IMG/VR virus record: IMGVR_UViG_3300037483_001046
From: a virus
Direction: 5' to 3' (one strand)
DNA: 64,000 nucleotides
The notes below the pieces were generated by a model. The model saw only the letters and a program-made list of their open reading frames with translations. It was not told the origin of the DNA and searched no databases. The position numbers and the translations under genes were made by a program. Positions 1-8,739 of this stretch are shown piece after piece; within the stretch, counting starts at the first letter, position 1; every line of letters starts with the position of its first letter.

Positions 1-285
1 CTCTAACCCTTTATAATTGCTTATTAATTTGCTCGGATCGCAATCGTTTTGGCATGCGTTGCGGTTTGTATAAAGGATCGGGTCCATCATTATAATAATG
101 ATTAATTGGCATGAGGTTTGCTAATGCATTAATCGATCCAATTGGAATTGATCAATTGGAATGAGGATTGCAATTGCAAGGAGTGGGCCAAAATATTTAT
201 TATTCGGTTGGGGTTGCCGAAGGTCGCGGGGTGATTACGTTGGGTTTGCTGGCGAGGATTGCCGGCGCACGAAAGGGGCCGCATT

Positions 286-531
286 GTGATCAACGCTTTA
301 TTTTGCGAAAGCGACGTTGTTTGGTATTGGGACGGTGGCCGCACCGTTGGCGTGTGGCGCCCTGCGCGGCCTATGGGGGCTGAGTGCTATCTCAGTGGTA
401 AGCCCCCAACGTTGGCGCAGTTGCGCGATCAGATCCAGCGTGGAGGCCGCGTGGCCAAACTTGGTAGCAGCGTTATCGGTCCCCCGGACACCCCGCCAAG
501 CGCTGGAGACTTCATAATCAGACAACCTTAA
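286..531 (+). CDS. hypothetical protein
   Basis: GTG after GAAAGG RBS; promoter-like TTGCCG-N16-TACGTT at 214-241; ORF ends just before the hairpin repeat at 535. Confidence 0.5.
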   Translation: MINALFCESDVVWYWDGGRTVGVWRPARPMGAECYLSGKPPTLAQLRDQIQRGGRVAKLGSSVIGPPDTPPSAGDFIIRQP

Positions 532-534
532 TGG

Positions 535-576
535 AAAGCCCGCTTAATTGCGGGCTTTTTCAATTTAATGAAAGGA
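535..576 (+). repeat. hairpin + U-tract + RBS cassette repeat (copy 1)
   Basis: AAAGCCCGC-TTAATT-GCGGGCTTT-TTCAATTTAATGAAAGGA; identical copy at 683-724. Confidence 0.9.
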
Positions 577-682
577 CAAAAAACTCATGACCGGATTTGT
601 CGTAATGTGCGTTTTGTTTTGGATCGTTAGCAACGTAACCCTCTAGATCATTCTAGAGCCCAGAAAAGAAAGGAATTGCATA

Positions 683-724
683 AAAGCCCGCTTAATTGCG
701 GGCTTTTTCAATTTAATGAAAGGA
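683..724 (+). repeat. hairpin + U-tract + RBS cassette repeat (copy 2)
   Basis: Exact 42-nt repeat of 535-576. Confidence 0.9.
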
Positions 725-790
725 AAGAATAAATGAACCAGCAACAAATCGAAGAAAAGCGCAGGAATGCGAAGCAAGGGCGGGCTTTTA

Positions 791-979
791 ATGTGGGATG
801 ATGATTACAGCGACTTTGCGGATCCGGGAGGAAAAAGCGCATTGCGCGCGGCATCTTCAAGAAATCCTCGGAATTTGCCGTGCCCAACGTGCGGCAAGCC
901 GGATCGATTGACTCCCAAGGATCGAAGGCTCGGGTATCAGTGCGACGAATGCGCCGATGCTTGTGAATTCGGTTTTTGA
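791..979 (+). CDS. small Cys-rich (zinc-ribbon-like) protein
   Basis: CPTC...CDEC pair; ATG overlaps the end of micro-ORF 733-801. Confidence 0.6.
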   Translation: MWDDDYSDFADPGGKSALRAASSRNPRNLPCPTCGKPDRLTPKDRRLGYQCDECADACEFGF

Positions 980-1094
980 CCAAAAAATAGATTGACTTTT
1001 TGAAAAGCCCGCCTTAAAGTGGTGGGCTTAATCGACTAATTCGGCCAAAAAATAGATTGACTTTTTGAAAAGCCCGCCTTAAAATGGTGGGCTT
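980..1094 (+). repeat. 50-bp direct repeat containing hairpin (980-1029 and 1045-1094)
   Basis: CCAAAAAATAGATTGACTTTTTGAAAAGCCCGCCTTAAA(G/A)TGGTGGGCTT twice, one mismatch. Confidence 0.9.
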
Positions 1095-1131
1095 TTTCAA
1101 TTTACAACAAATCAAATCGCGGATCGAACGG

Positions 1132-1159
1132 TTGACAAGCCCTGTAAAGTGATTACATT
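1132..1159 (+). promoter_or_regulatory. sigma70-type promoter
   Basis: TTGACA-N16-TACATT upstream of GAAAGGA RBS and ATG 1180. Confidence 0.7.
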
Positions 1160-1179
1160 AGGGCTGAAAGGATCGCACA

Positions 1180-1698
1180 ATGGAAAAGCTACACATTTTG
1201 AGAGGGAAGCAAGAAAGCGACGATTACCCTTATGGGCGATTGCGCTGTCACATTACTTTCGATATCGAATTTCAAAATAAGAAGGGATTTCGGTTTGTAA
1301 CGCAGACCACGAATCCCAAAACTGGGCGTGTGAATAAGCCCAAAAAGAGCACATATAGTGAATTTATGTGCTTGTTCCGCGACGAAAACGATCATGTAAA
1401 ATCGTATGCATTGAATCTCCGCGGATACGATGATATCCAAAAGATGATCGAATTCCTTACGGTTCACGAGATCGAATTCACCGCGGAGCAAAGCGCGTTT
1501 TTGTGGGTTTGTGCAATTTCTTGCATCCGAAACAATGCGCATTATACGCCACTTGAAGAGGGCGCGGTTGCCGCATTTTTGGAAGCACTCGGGACCCAGG
1601 AAATGATCAACAAATACGGAGAAAAGGCCGATTTCAATGAGGTCAAGAATGTTGGCTTTGATCTGGAAAAGGCGAACACCTTTCGTAAGGAGAGGTAA
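1180..1698 (+). CDS. hypothetical protein
   Basis: 172 aa ORF with RBS and promoter. Confidence 0.75.
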   Translation: MEKLHILRGKQESDDYPYGRLRCHITFDIEFQNKKGFRFVTQTTNPKTGRVNKPKKSTYSEFMCLFRDENDHVKSYALNLRGYDDIQKMIEFLTVHEIEFTAEQSAFLWVCAISCIRNNAHYTPLEEGAVAAFLEALGTQEMINKYGEKADFNEVKNVGFDLEKANTFRKER

Positions 1699-1863
1699 AA
1701 TTGGGAAAAGTTTTGTTATTCCCTGTTTTTTGTGCGATTTGCAAGAAACACGTTGAGAAAAACAGGCGATGTTATGCCATTCCAATGTGTTATGATTGTT
1801 TGCCGCCGCCCGAGGAATTGAAAAGAGCCCCGACATTAAGGCTTTTGAATAAACTTTGATAAT

Positions 1864-1903
1864 AAGCCCGCTTTATGCGGGCTTTTTCAATTTAATGAAA
1901 GGA
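1864..1903 (+). repeat. hairpin + RBS cassette repeat
   Basis: AAGCCCGC-TTTAT-GCGGGCTT-TTTCAATTTAATGAAAGGA before ATG 1911. Confidence 0.85.
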
Positions 1904-1910
1904 AGATAAA

Positions 1911-2120
1911 ATGGAAGAAAGGGCAAAAAAGATTATGCGTTCTTTGGTTGCTGATCCCGAGAGCGGTTGCCGCGATTTTCAGACAAATGAGGTTAATATG
2001 ACCAAGTTGGCTGAGCTTGCTGCGAGCGCGCTGGACGTTGACCACGAGAATGGACCGCTGGACGATCCAGATCACGATCTCTGGGCTTGGGCGGCTGATA
2101 TCGCGTCTGAGAGCGAATAG
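1911..2120 (+). CDS. small acidic hypothetical protein
   Basis: ORF directly after cassette RBS. Confidence 0.65.
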   Translation: MEERAKKIMRSLVADPESGCRDFQTNEVNMTKLAELAASALDVDHENGPLDDPDHDLWAWAADIASESE

Positions 2121-2172
2121 GGCGGGCTTATAACCTCATGAATCCGTGACCGCTCGCCAATCTGCGCAGCGG

Positions 2173-2200
2173 TTGACAATCTCCCTAGGATGATTAGATT
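2173..2200 (+). promoter_or_regulatory. sigma70-type promoter
   Basis: TTGACA-N16-TAGATT. Confidence 0.65.
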
Positions 2201-2898
2201 GAGGTAGGTGAGGGAAACCTCGCAAGGCGCCAGCTAAATGCGTGTTGATAAAAAATGATAGGGCAGGAAAAAGGATCATCCGCCGGATCCAAAGCTCGCA
2301 TAACACTAAAAGTTATGCGAGCTTTTTTAATTTAAGTGAAAGGAGAAAAATTATGCGGCAGCTTAGAATTCCACTAGTCGCGCCCAATCGAGAACCTAAA
2401 GAGAAGGTTCCTCCTAAAAAGGAAAAAAAGCGCGATTTCAATGTTTCTTTTGATCTCGACAAAGATCAAGATTTTTTTGTGGATTTTTCTATCTAATCTA
2501 ATCCTGTCTTAATCCTGTCTTAAACAACAAAACAAAAATATTTCTCTTTTGAATTAGACAAAATGGAGACAATCATCATGCGCTAGCTAATTTGTTGTTT
2601 AAAAAAATGAATATTCAAGCCGCCCTTCGGGGCGGCTTTTTTATTTAATTTAAGCATGAATAATCAAGAAATTCTCAAGGCTCACGTAAAGGAATGCGTT
2701 ATTATTACTAATAATGATTCCAAATTTATTGTTTCTCATAAATTGAAGTGGTTTAAGCCTGTTCTTTGTGAGACGCCGGCTCAAGTGCAATACATTGTAA
2801 ATTCTTGGAAATCAACCATTCTTGAAATGGTTGAAAGACCCAATTTTCAACAAAATACAAATCTAGCTTCCTAGTGGTTGATATGCTAGAGCTGCGGC

Positions 2899-2926
2899 TT
2901 GACAATCAGCGGGGCGGTCTTATGAT
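2899..2926 (+). promoter_or_regulatory. sigma70-type promoter
   Basis: TTGACA-N16-TATGAT; leader hairpin then TTAATTGAAAGGA RBS before 2983. Confidence 0.65.
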
Positions 2927-2982
2927 GATGGATGGCGGGGGCTTTATAGGCTCCCGCCATTCTTAATTGAAAGGAACAGCAA

Positions 2983-3513
2983 ATGGACGAAAAAATATTT
3001 TTTCACGTTCCCATGCGCGAGTATTCGCCAATTGATGCATATAATCGCATGGCGGCAGCGCTCGGAAGTCCGCGATACGCGCAGGGCGCGAGTCACGCAG
3101 ATTACAATGGGCATCGGATTTCTATTAGTTGGAATAGCTTTAGAAAATATTACGTTGCCGGATATACGTGGTCTGGGTGGAATGTGATTGCTCGGGGCTC
3201 GCTGGCATCATGCTTGGCCGCCGCTTTGAGGATGCATAGCAGGGGCGCTCTAGGCTCCAGCGTGAGCGTATCGCTTAGGGCAGACGATCGGGAGGCTATC
3301 GAGCTTTGCGAGCGTACTCCCGAATTGGTGCCAGGCTCGGCAGAGGATCGCCCATGGCACACTTGGCGCCATACCGTTGCCGCACGTTGCGCACCAGACT
3401 CCGTAAATCCTGGGAGATCTCGCACAATCTTTGATTGGGATTTGTTGCAAAAGGCGGAGAATGAAAAAGATTATCATTCTCTCCTTAAAGACAAATACGG
3501 ACGAATGTTCTAA
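2983..3513 (+). CDS. hypothetical protein
   Basis: 176 aa ORF with RBS and promoter. Confidence 0.7.
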   Translation: MDEKIFFHVPMREYSPIDAYNRMAAALGSPRYAQGASHADYNGHRISISWNSFRKYYVAGYTWSGWNVIARGSLASCLAAALRMHSRGALGSSVSVSLRADDREAIELCERTPELVPGSAEDRPWHTWRHTVAARCAPDSVNPGRSRTIFDWDLLQKAENEKDYHSLLKDKYGRMF

Positions 3514-3520
3514 TAACTTT

Positions 3521-3560
3521 GAGCCCGCTTTATGCGGGCTTTTCCAATTTAATGAAAGGG
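3521..3560 (+). repeat. hairpin + RBS cassette repeat
   Basis: GAGCCCGC-TTTAT-GCGGGCTT-TTCCAATTTAATGAAAGGG before ATG 3566. Confidence 0.85.
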
Positions 3561-3565
3561 AAAAT

Positions 3566-3739
3566 ATGACAAAGCCGATTTACACGGACGGGAAAGGTTG
3601 CCCGATTCCATATCCAAACCTTGATGGACTTTCGCTTATCGAGAAGATTCGCGCATTGCATGATTATAATGATTGTGTGCGCGACGTTGGCACCAAAGCA
3701 TTTTGTGATGAATTCCAAAAGGCTATAAAATCACGATAA
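3566..3739 (+). CDS. small hypothetical protein
   Basis: ATG after cassette RBS; followed by hairpin terminator about 3748-3778. Confidence 0.55.
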   Translation: MTKPIYTDGKGCPIPYPNLDGLSLIEKIRALHDYNDCVRDVGTKAFCDEFQKAIKSR

Positions 3740-3976
3740 ATTTTCATAAGCTCGCAAATAATTGCGGGCTTTTTTAAATTATTAGAGATAGGTGTTATTA
3801 TGGTTTGGCATGATTATTGCATTTGCAAAAACGGGACCATAAAAATTATTGAATAAAGATGGGATAATAAAGAATGATTTTTGGGGTTGATCTTCTCCGC
3901 GGAATGATTACCTTGGGGGCTGGTCGAGGCTTTCCCCCGACCGCATGAGAAATCCCAAACAACGAAAGGCAATATT

Positions 3977-5128
3977 ATGAATCACGCAGAGTTTGTGCGG
4001 ATTGCGACTTTGGCGACGGGTGGGCCCGGTGTCCACGGTTGGCAAGGTAACCTCCGCAAGATTGCAGGGCACCTAGGGCTTAGCATTAGTCAGCCCGCGC
4101 TGTCCATTGCTTACAATGCCTCTAAGCAAGACCCGAGCAAGCAAATCGGGGGTAAGGTCGCAAGCATTATGAATCATATTCAGGATGCTATCGCTAGCGG
4201 AACCTTGGCGCCGGCTGGCGCGACCGCAAGCGCACAAGTCGTAAGCGCAGAATTTGCGCAAGATGGCGACGGCGGAGATATTCAGAATTTGGGTTCTTTG
4301 GACCCGGATGATGATCTTTCCAATGACGAAATCAAGGTCGAAATCCGAGAAAGATTTAATACTTTTGAGGAATGTGTCGGAATGGTCTTTAATGGCAGTC
4401 GGCACGCTGCGATTGTTTCTGGGCCTGCTGGTTGCGGTAAATCTTACGTTATCGAAAAGCTGGAGCCTACGGTAAAAGGTCGCTTTTTCCACGTAACTGG
4501 AACCGCGTCTGCGATTGGTCTGTATAAGACTATGTGGGCTGCGCGTGATAATGGTGTTATCGCTTTCGATGATTGTGATGACATTTTGCTTGACGATACG
4601 GCCCTGAACCTTCTGAAAGGTGGACTTGACACCAAAAAGGTCCGCAAGGTTTCTTGGCTAAAGGAAAGCAATCGTTTGGTGGATGAAGATGGCGAGCCTA
4701 TTCCACAGAATTTTGAGTTTTGTGGAAGAATTGTCTTTATGACAAATCTCGATCTGGACGCGCTGGTCGAACGTGGTCTAAGGCTGGCGATTCACCATAC
4801 TGCACTCATGGAGCGCGCAGGGCACCTTAGCCTCCAATTGCACACTCGTCGGCGGCAAGCGTTGCGAATCATGCAGGTTGCTGAAGATTCCGATCTTATG
4901 GTGTCCCAGGGAGTCAAGGACCCAGAGAAGCAGGAAGAAATCTTGAATTTCCTGTTGACTCACCGAGACAATTGGCGAAGCGTATCAATTCGAACGCTTG
5001 TCCAGCTTTGTGAGTATGCGCAGAGCGCGCCTACGCGATGGAAGGTGCATGCCATCGAAATGCAAATGAAGCCTGCAAAACGGCGCGCGGCTCTTAAGTT
5101 GCTGAAAGAACAAGAAGAGACGGATTAG
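3977..5128 (+). CDS. AAA+ / P-loop ATPase of the type found in early regions of T4-like and other large phages
   Basis: Walker A GPAGCGKS, Walker B VIAFDDCD, sensor-1-like IVFMTN; promoter TTGATC-N16-TACCTT at 3887-3914. Confidence 0.85.
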   Translation: MNHAEFVRIATLATGGPGVHGWQGNLRKIAGHLGLSISQPALSIAYNASKQDPSKQIGGKVASIMNHIQDAIASGTLAPAGATASAQVVSAEFAQDGDGGDIQNLGSLDPDDDLSNDEIKVEIRERFNTFEECVGMVFNGSRHAAIVSGPAGCGKSYVIEKLEPTVKGRFFHVTGTASAIGLYKTMWAARDNGVIAFDDCDDILLDDTALNLLKGGLDTKKVRKVSWLKESNRLVDEDGEPIPQNFEFCGRIVFMTNLDLDALVERGLRLAIHHTALMERAGHLSLQLHTRRRQALRIMQVAEDSDLMVSQGVKDPEKQEEILNFLLTHRDNWRSVSIRTLVQLCEYAQSAPTRWKVHAIEMQMKPAKRRAALKLLKEQEETD

Positions 5129-5140
5129 CCGACATGGAAA

Positions 5141-5168
5141 GGCGGGGAGAAATCCCCGCCTTTTTCTT
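5141..5168 (+). terminator. intrinsic terminator
   Basis: GGCGGGGA-GAAA-TCCCCGCC followed by T-run. Confidence 0.75.
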
Positions 5169-5190
5169 TTAAGTGAAAGGGAAATTTCAA

Positions 5191-5562
5191 ATGACCATTT
5201 GGGTGTTATCAGATCTTTTGAAGATTGAAGACAAAGCCGAACGCCGAAAGGCTTATTTCGATTTTGTTAGAAAAATGAGAATCTTGTGCGATACTTTGCA
5301 AAATCGCATTAGCGCTGGTGTCGCATTTACCGATCAAGAAATTGATGCTTTGGTTAAGGAAGTCGGCAAGCATTGCCATGCTAAAACTAAGGAGCGCCTT
5401 GCTAGGGCGTTTGCTGCGGTGCCCGACATTCCCTCATATGGCATCTTTGGGCGCCTTGAGATTCACGAGGATGGCACTGTGCAGTATTTCGGGGGGCAGG
5501 ACTGCATGACAGAATTGCCTTTCCTTCGCAAGTGTCTAATCGAAAGCCGGCCGCTCGGATGA
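5191..5562 (+). CDS. hypothetical protein
   Basis: GAAAGGG RBS then ATG 5191. Confidence 0.7.
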   Translation: MTIWVLSDLLKIEDKAERRKAYFDFVRKMRILCDTLQNRISAGVAFTDQEIDALVKEVGKHCHAKTKERLARAFAAVPDIPSYGIFGRLEIHEDGTVQYFGGQDCMTELPFLRKCLIESRPLG

Positions 5563-5584
5563 TTATTAGAACCCTTGCGGGCGC

Positions 5585-5613
5585 TTGACAATGCGCCCGA
5601 AGGGTCTTAAGCT
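5585..5613 (+). promoter_or_regulatory. sigma70-type promoter inside an inverted repeat
   Basis: TTGACA-N17-TAAGCT; the -35 sits at the centre of ACCCTT(G)CGGGCGC...GCGCCCGAAGGGT. Confidence 0.65.
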
Positions 5614-5748
5614 AGGACTCGTGAGGATGTTTTAGGTAGCTGCGCTGGATGGTAGCGGCCATAGAGTAGAGACTAACAAAAGCCCCATTCTCTTTTCCAA
5701 AAGCCGCCTTTATGGCGGCTTTTGCTTTTAATTGAAAGGAACACACAA

Positions 5749-6108
5749 ATGGGTTGGACGTACAGCAATTCTTTTACAAAAGAAAAGATTAGAGACGAGG
5801 TAACCCGCGGATATACGCGAGAAGACGGAGGTTACTTCAAGACTCTAAAGTCTGAGTTTTGTGGCAATATCCTTTGGGCGCTTCATGAGAGCACTCGATA
5901 TGTGGACCTAAATGGCAATAAGCTTGACACGCCTGAGACGGTTCGTTATATTGGATGTTATTTTTTTTGTGGATCTGGTTATAAGGATATGGATGAAACC
6001 ATGCATCCTTATTACTACAATTGTCCTCTTTCTTATCTTGACGAGGTTACTGAGCCTTTGAATTCTCGCTCACGAGAATGGAGAGAAAAGGTCAGAAATG
6101 AACGATAA
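5749..6108 (+). CDS. hypothetical protein (resembles DUF6927-type mobile-element proteins)
   Basis: GYKDMDETMHPYYYNCPLSYLD...WREKVR motif recalled from plasmid/ICE proteins; cassette hairpin+RBS at about 5699-5740. Confidence 0.55.
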   Translation: MGWTYSNSFTKEKIRDEVTRGYTREDGGYFKTLKSEFCGNILWALHESTRYVDLNGNKLDTPETVRYIGCYFFCGSGYKDMDETMHPYYYNCPLSYLDEVTEPLNSRSREWREKVRNER

Positions 6109-6265
6109 TCGATCGAATTTCAAAAAGCATGCCATGATTGGCCCCGGAGGATGGAAGTGCGCATGTTGCGCTCCGGCACCGGGAAAAGAGAAAAAGCGTT
6201 ACAAAAGGCTTTTGAAGCGTCGAGACAAGAATCAGGCCATGCGCGAAGCGCGTAATGAGATTTGA
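6098..6265 (+). CDS. small basic protein with CxCC motif
   Basis: Own translation: MNDNRSNFKKHAMIGPGGWKCACCAPAPGKEKKRYKRLLKRRDKNQAMREARNEI. Confidence 0.55.
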   Translation: MNDNRSNFKKHAMIGPGGWKCACCAPAPGKEKKRYKRLLKRRDKNQAMREARNEI

Positions 6266-6268
6266 ACC

Positions 6269-6310
6269 AAAGCCCGCATTAAGCGGGCTTTTTCAATTTA
6301 ATTGAAAGGA
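6269..6310 (+). repeat. hairpin + RBS cassette repeat
   Basis: AAAGCCCGC-ATTAA-GCGGGCTTT-TTCAATTTAATTGAAAGGA before ATG 6318. Confidence 0.85.
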
Positions 6311-6317
6311 CAGAATA

Positions 6318-6536
6318 ATGACCAAGCATGAAGCTGAAGAGATTTTCAAGAGAGATTATCTTCCCATTCTGATCAAAAATGAAAAGGAAGGTACCGGAAA
6401 GATTGATAAGCATGGCCGCCGTTTCAAGTGGTCTTGCTTTGTCGATTCTCTCAACAAAGGCGGAGACATTACCAATAACCAAGCTGCTCGATGGAGTGCT
6501 CCACGTTGGCTTGAAACCGCAACGAATCTTTGCTAA
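6318..6536 (+). CDS. hypothetical protein
   Basis: ORF after cassette RBS; followed by (TAAC)n microsatellite. Confidence 0.65.
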   Translation: MTKHEAEEIFKRDYLPILIKNEKEGTGKIDKHGRRFKWSCFVDSLNKGGDITNNQAARWSAPRWLETATNLC

Positions 6537-6754
6537 CTAACTAACTAACTAACTAACTAAAGGAAAGCTAATGAATCCTAATGCAACCCTAGATACTCTA
6601 AGTGATGGATTTAAGCGACGCTGTATGCTAACCGGCGTTGTTTATATTCATTATGATATTTTTCGTGACTTCAATAAGTCGCAAATCAGAAAGATCAAAA
6701 AGCAATCTCAAAAATCATGTCAGCTTGACATTTGCTAAAGAAAGGGGTTCTCAA

Positions 6755-6982
6755 GTGAAAAAGATTTTTGATCAGATTGTTTCATTTATGGAGGATTCCG
6801 CGGCAACGGCGGATGATAATGAAATTTCCAATTTGGCTCATATGCTTGGACATTTGCAAACGGCTGCCGAAATGAGATGTTCGGGTGTTCGATATCGAGC
6901 CGATGGCAAGGTTAATATGGCCATGAATTTTGAGCAAAAATCTGAGCAATTGCTTGGGTTTGCCAAGCGATATGTTGATTAG
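6755..6982 (+). CDS. hypothetical protein
   Basis: GTG after GAAAGGGG RBS, in frame with ORF 6638..6982. Confidence 0.5.
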   Translation: MKKIFDQIVSFMEDSAATADDNEISNLAHMLGHLQTAAEMRCSGVRYRADGKVNMAMNFEQKSEQLLGFAKRYVD

Positions 6983-7463
6983 CTTGGCGCAATAATAATC
7001 ATTATGATCCGCCCCGACAATAAGGGCGGATTTTTTAATTTAATGAGATCTATATGATAAACTAAGGGAATGGACGGCATGGATAATAAAGAGATTAAGC
7101 GCGCTCTGCGCGAAGCTATCCGAGATAACCGTTTCGAGAGCGTTTGGACGCTTATGAGCTTTTTGCCGCCAGCAAAGCATCCTAGCATGATTACGTGCGA
7201 GGATGGGCTCACGGTGGCCGGTGAGATTGAATGTCCTGAGAGGCTTGACAAGCGCCCCAAGAAGGATTAAGATGGAAGAGTGGCCGAGTTTGGCTAGGAG
7301 GCTTTCGAGTCTCCAGAAGAAAAAGAAGAAAAAGAAGAAACGCCAAAACTGACACGCGCTAATCGGGGTTGCAAACCTGAAGTGCAGTGGAGGCTATTAG
7401 CCAAAAGGGTGCATTAGCGATTGAGAGTGGACGCACCTTCAAATCCCTGGCGGCGACATTTTA

Positions 7464-7569
7464 GTTTGTTGCACGAAATTGTAGTCAACCAAGTGCTGAA
7501 AGGTTGGCATCTAAATTAAAGTGTGGTACTCTTTGCACACGAGGTAAGGTTCAAATCCTTAGACAAACA
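7464..7569 (+). ncRNA. tRNA-like element A (degenerate)
   Basis: Acceptor GTTTGTT/GACAAAC, T-arm TAAGG-TTCAAAT-CCTTA, hairpin GTGTG/CACAC in anticodon position, expanded D region. Confidence 0.4.
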
Positions 7570-7652
7570 CAAGATTCATGTTGTTCCTTTCATGGCGTCT
7601 ACAATGGTGTGGACGCCATTTTTAATTGAAGGCTAATTTCTGCTTTCATTTT

Positions 7653-7727
7653 GCTCGCTGTTATTTAAGCTTCGCATGCTACTCTATAGCGGGATATAGA
7701 AGCAAGGTTGAGATCCTTGGGCGAGCG
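7653..7727 (+). ncRNA. tRNA-like element B (degenerate, 75 nt)
   Basis: Acceptor GCTCGCT/GGCGAGC, T-arm CAAGG-TTGAGAT-CCTTG, central hairpin TCTATA/TATAGA; no canonical D arm or anticodon loop. Confidence 0.4.
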
Positions 7728-7750
7728 CAATAGTTACATGGAACAAAATC

Positions 7751-7930
7751 ATGAAAAAGCCAATGAATCATAAGCGCCGATTGCGCGCTTTGGAAACGTC
7801 GGAGCCGGCAAAGCGTCGGGATCCGGGCGCAATGGCATTGATTTTGCATTATCGAGGCAAGGGCGGATTTTCAAAAAATCTTCGCAAAGAAGCGTCACGC
7901 AAGGCATGTCGCGGAAAGGTTCAATATTAA
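7751..7930 (+). CDS. small very basic protein (59 aa)
   Basis: Own translation: MKKPMNHKRRLRALETSEPAKRRDPGAMALILHYRGKGGFSKNLRKEASRKACRGKVQY. Confidence 0.5.
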   Translation: MKKPMNHKRRLRALETSEPAKRRDPGAMALILHYRGKGGFSKNLRKEASRKACRGKVQY

Positions 7931-8001
7931 TGAAACTAATAATCTTTGGGTTGGGTTTTTTGATGGTTGTCGATACTGAATTCTGATACAGCGCATTCTT
8001 T

Positions 8002-8075
8002 GGGCCCATAGCTCAATCTGGTAGAGCAGCTGGCTTTTAACCAGCGGGTTGAAGGTTCAAATCCTTCTGGGCTCA
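8002..8075 (+). tRNA. tRNA-Lys (anticodon UUU), no encoded CCA
   Basis: Acceptor GGGCCCA/TGGGCTC, D arm TAGCTCAATCTGGTAGAGC, anticodon stem GCTGG/CCAGC with loop CTTTTAA, T-arm GAAGG-TTCAAAT-CCTTC. Confidence 0.93.
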
Positions 8076-8204
8076 CTAATTCTTAGTGTAATGAAGCACT
8101 AATGTTTTTATTCAAACTATATCTTTTCTCGCTCATTTTGCCTTGGATGATCTTTGGATTGCTTGGGCTTATGGGAGAAATCTTTTCATAAAAAGGAACA
8201 ATCC

Positions 8205-8495
8205 ATGAAAAAGAAATTTGAGGGAGTTGTTGGACATGGGTACGGAGATGAATACGTGGAATTGACAGCCGAGCCAACCATTCTCCCTTATGGGTTGCAT
8301 GATTTGCATATTGGGATGCGCGTGGTTGAATCTCAAGATTGGTTTGTCATTAAGAAGACGGCAAAGTCTGTAACAATTAAGATGCGCTCTGAAAAGGATA
8401 TGGGATATAAGGTAGGAAAGCCTTTGACGTTTCGTTGGGACGGAAAAGGCTTTATTCGGCAAAAGCAATATCTTAGGTCGGATGGCATCTATTAG
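8205..8495 (+). CDS. hypothetical protein
   Basis: AAAGGA RBS, ATG 8205. Confidence 0.6.
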   Translation: MKKKFEGVVGHGYGDEYVELTAEPTILPYGLHDLHIGMRVVESQDWFVIKKTAKSVTIKMRSEKDMGYKVGKPLTFRWDGKGFIRQKQYLRSDGIY

Positions 8496-8504
8496 GGTTG
8501 GAGC

Positions 8505-8532
8505 TTGACAAGCTTCGCGGAGTGATTACATT
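8505..8532 (+). promoter_or_regulatory. sigma70-type promoter
   Basis: TTGACA-N16-TACATT; the -35 lies in palindrome AGCTTG-A-CAAGCT. Confidence 0.65.
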
Positions 8533-8683
8533 GCAAACGTTGAGGGACGTTTTTTCCCTCGTTTCCCAAACAGAAAGAAAGGCAAAAAATGACTGATTTT
8601 TTCAAGCTCAAGGCGGTGTGGCAGGTTGCGTTCAACGTGGCTTTTGTCGCGGCTTGTCTCACGTCCGTTGGATGCATGCTTAG

Positions 8684-8739
8684 CGCCTAGAAGGCTTAAC
8701 GCCTAGAAGGCTTAGCACAGCGCCTAGAAACGCCTAGAA
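8684..8739 (+). repeat. four copies of CGCCTAGAA
   Basis: Copies at 8684, 8700, 8721, 8731. Confidence 0.8.

Noticed and set aside
535-7046. CRISPR array or integron attC array from the repeated hairpins
   Set aside because: Intervals are whole genes of very different lengths, the repeats include an RBS, and there are no cas genes or integrase in the window.
7274-7306. tRNA-Ser/Tyr-like 5' end (GGAAGAGTGGCCGAGT...)
   Set aside because: No matching T-arm or acceptor 3' strand nearby; better explained by a 26-aa ORF at 7272-7352 plus a small hairpin.
7678-7691. Amber-suppressor (CUA) anticodon in tRNA-like element B
   Set aside because: CTCTA does not sit in a 7-nt loop on a 5-bp stem, so the assignment is not supportable.
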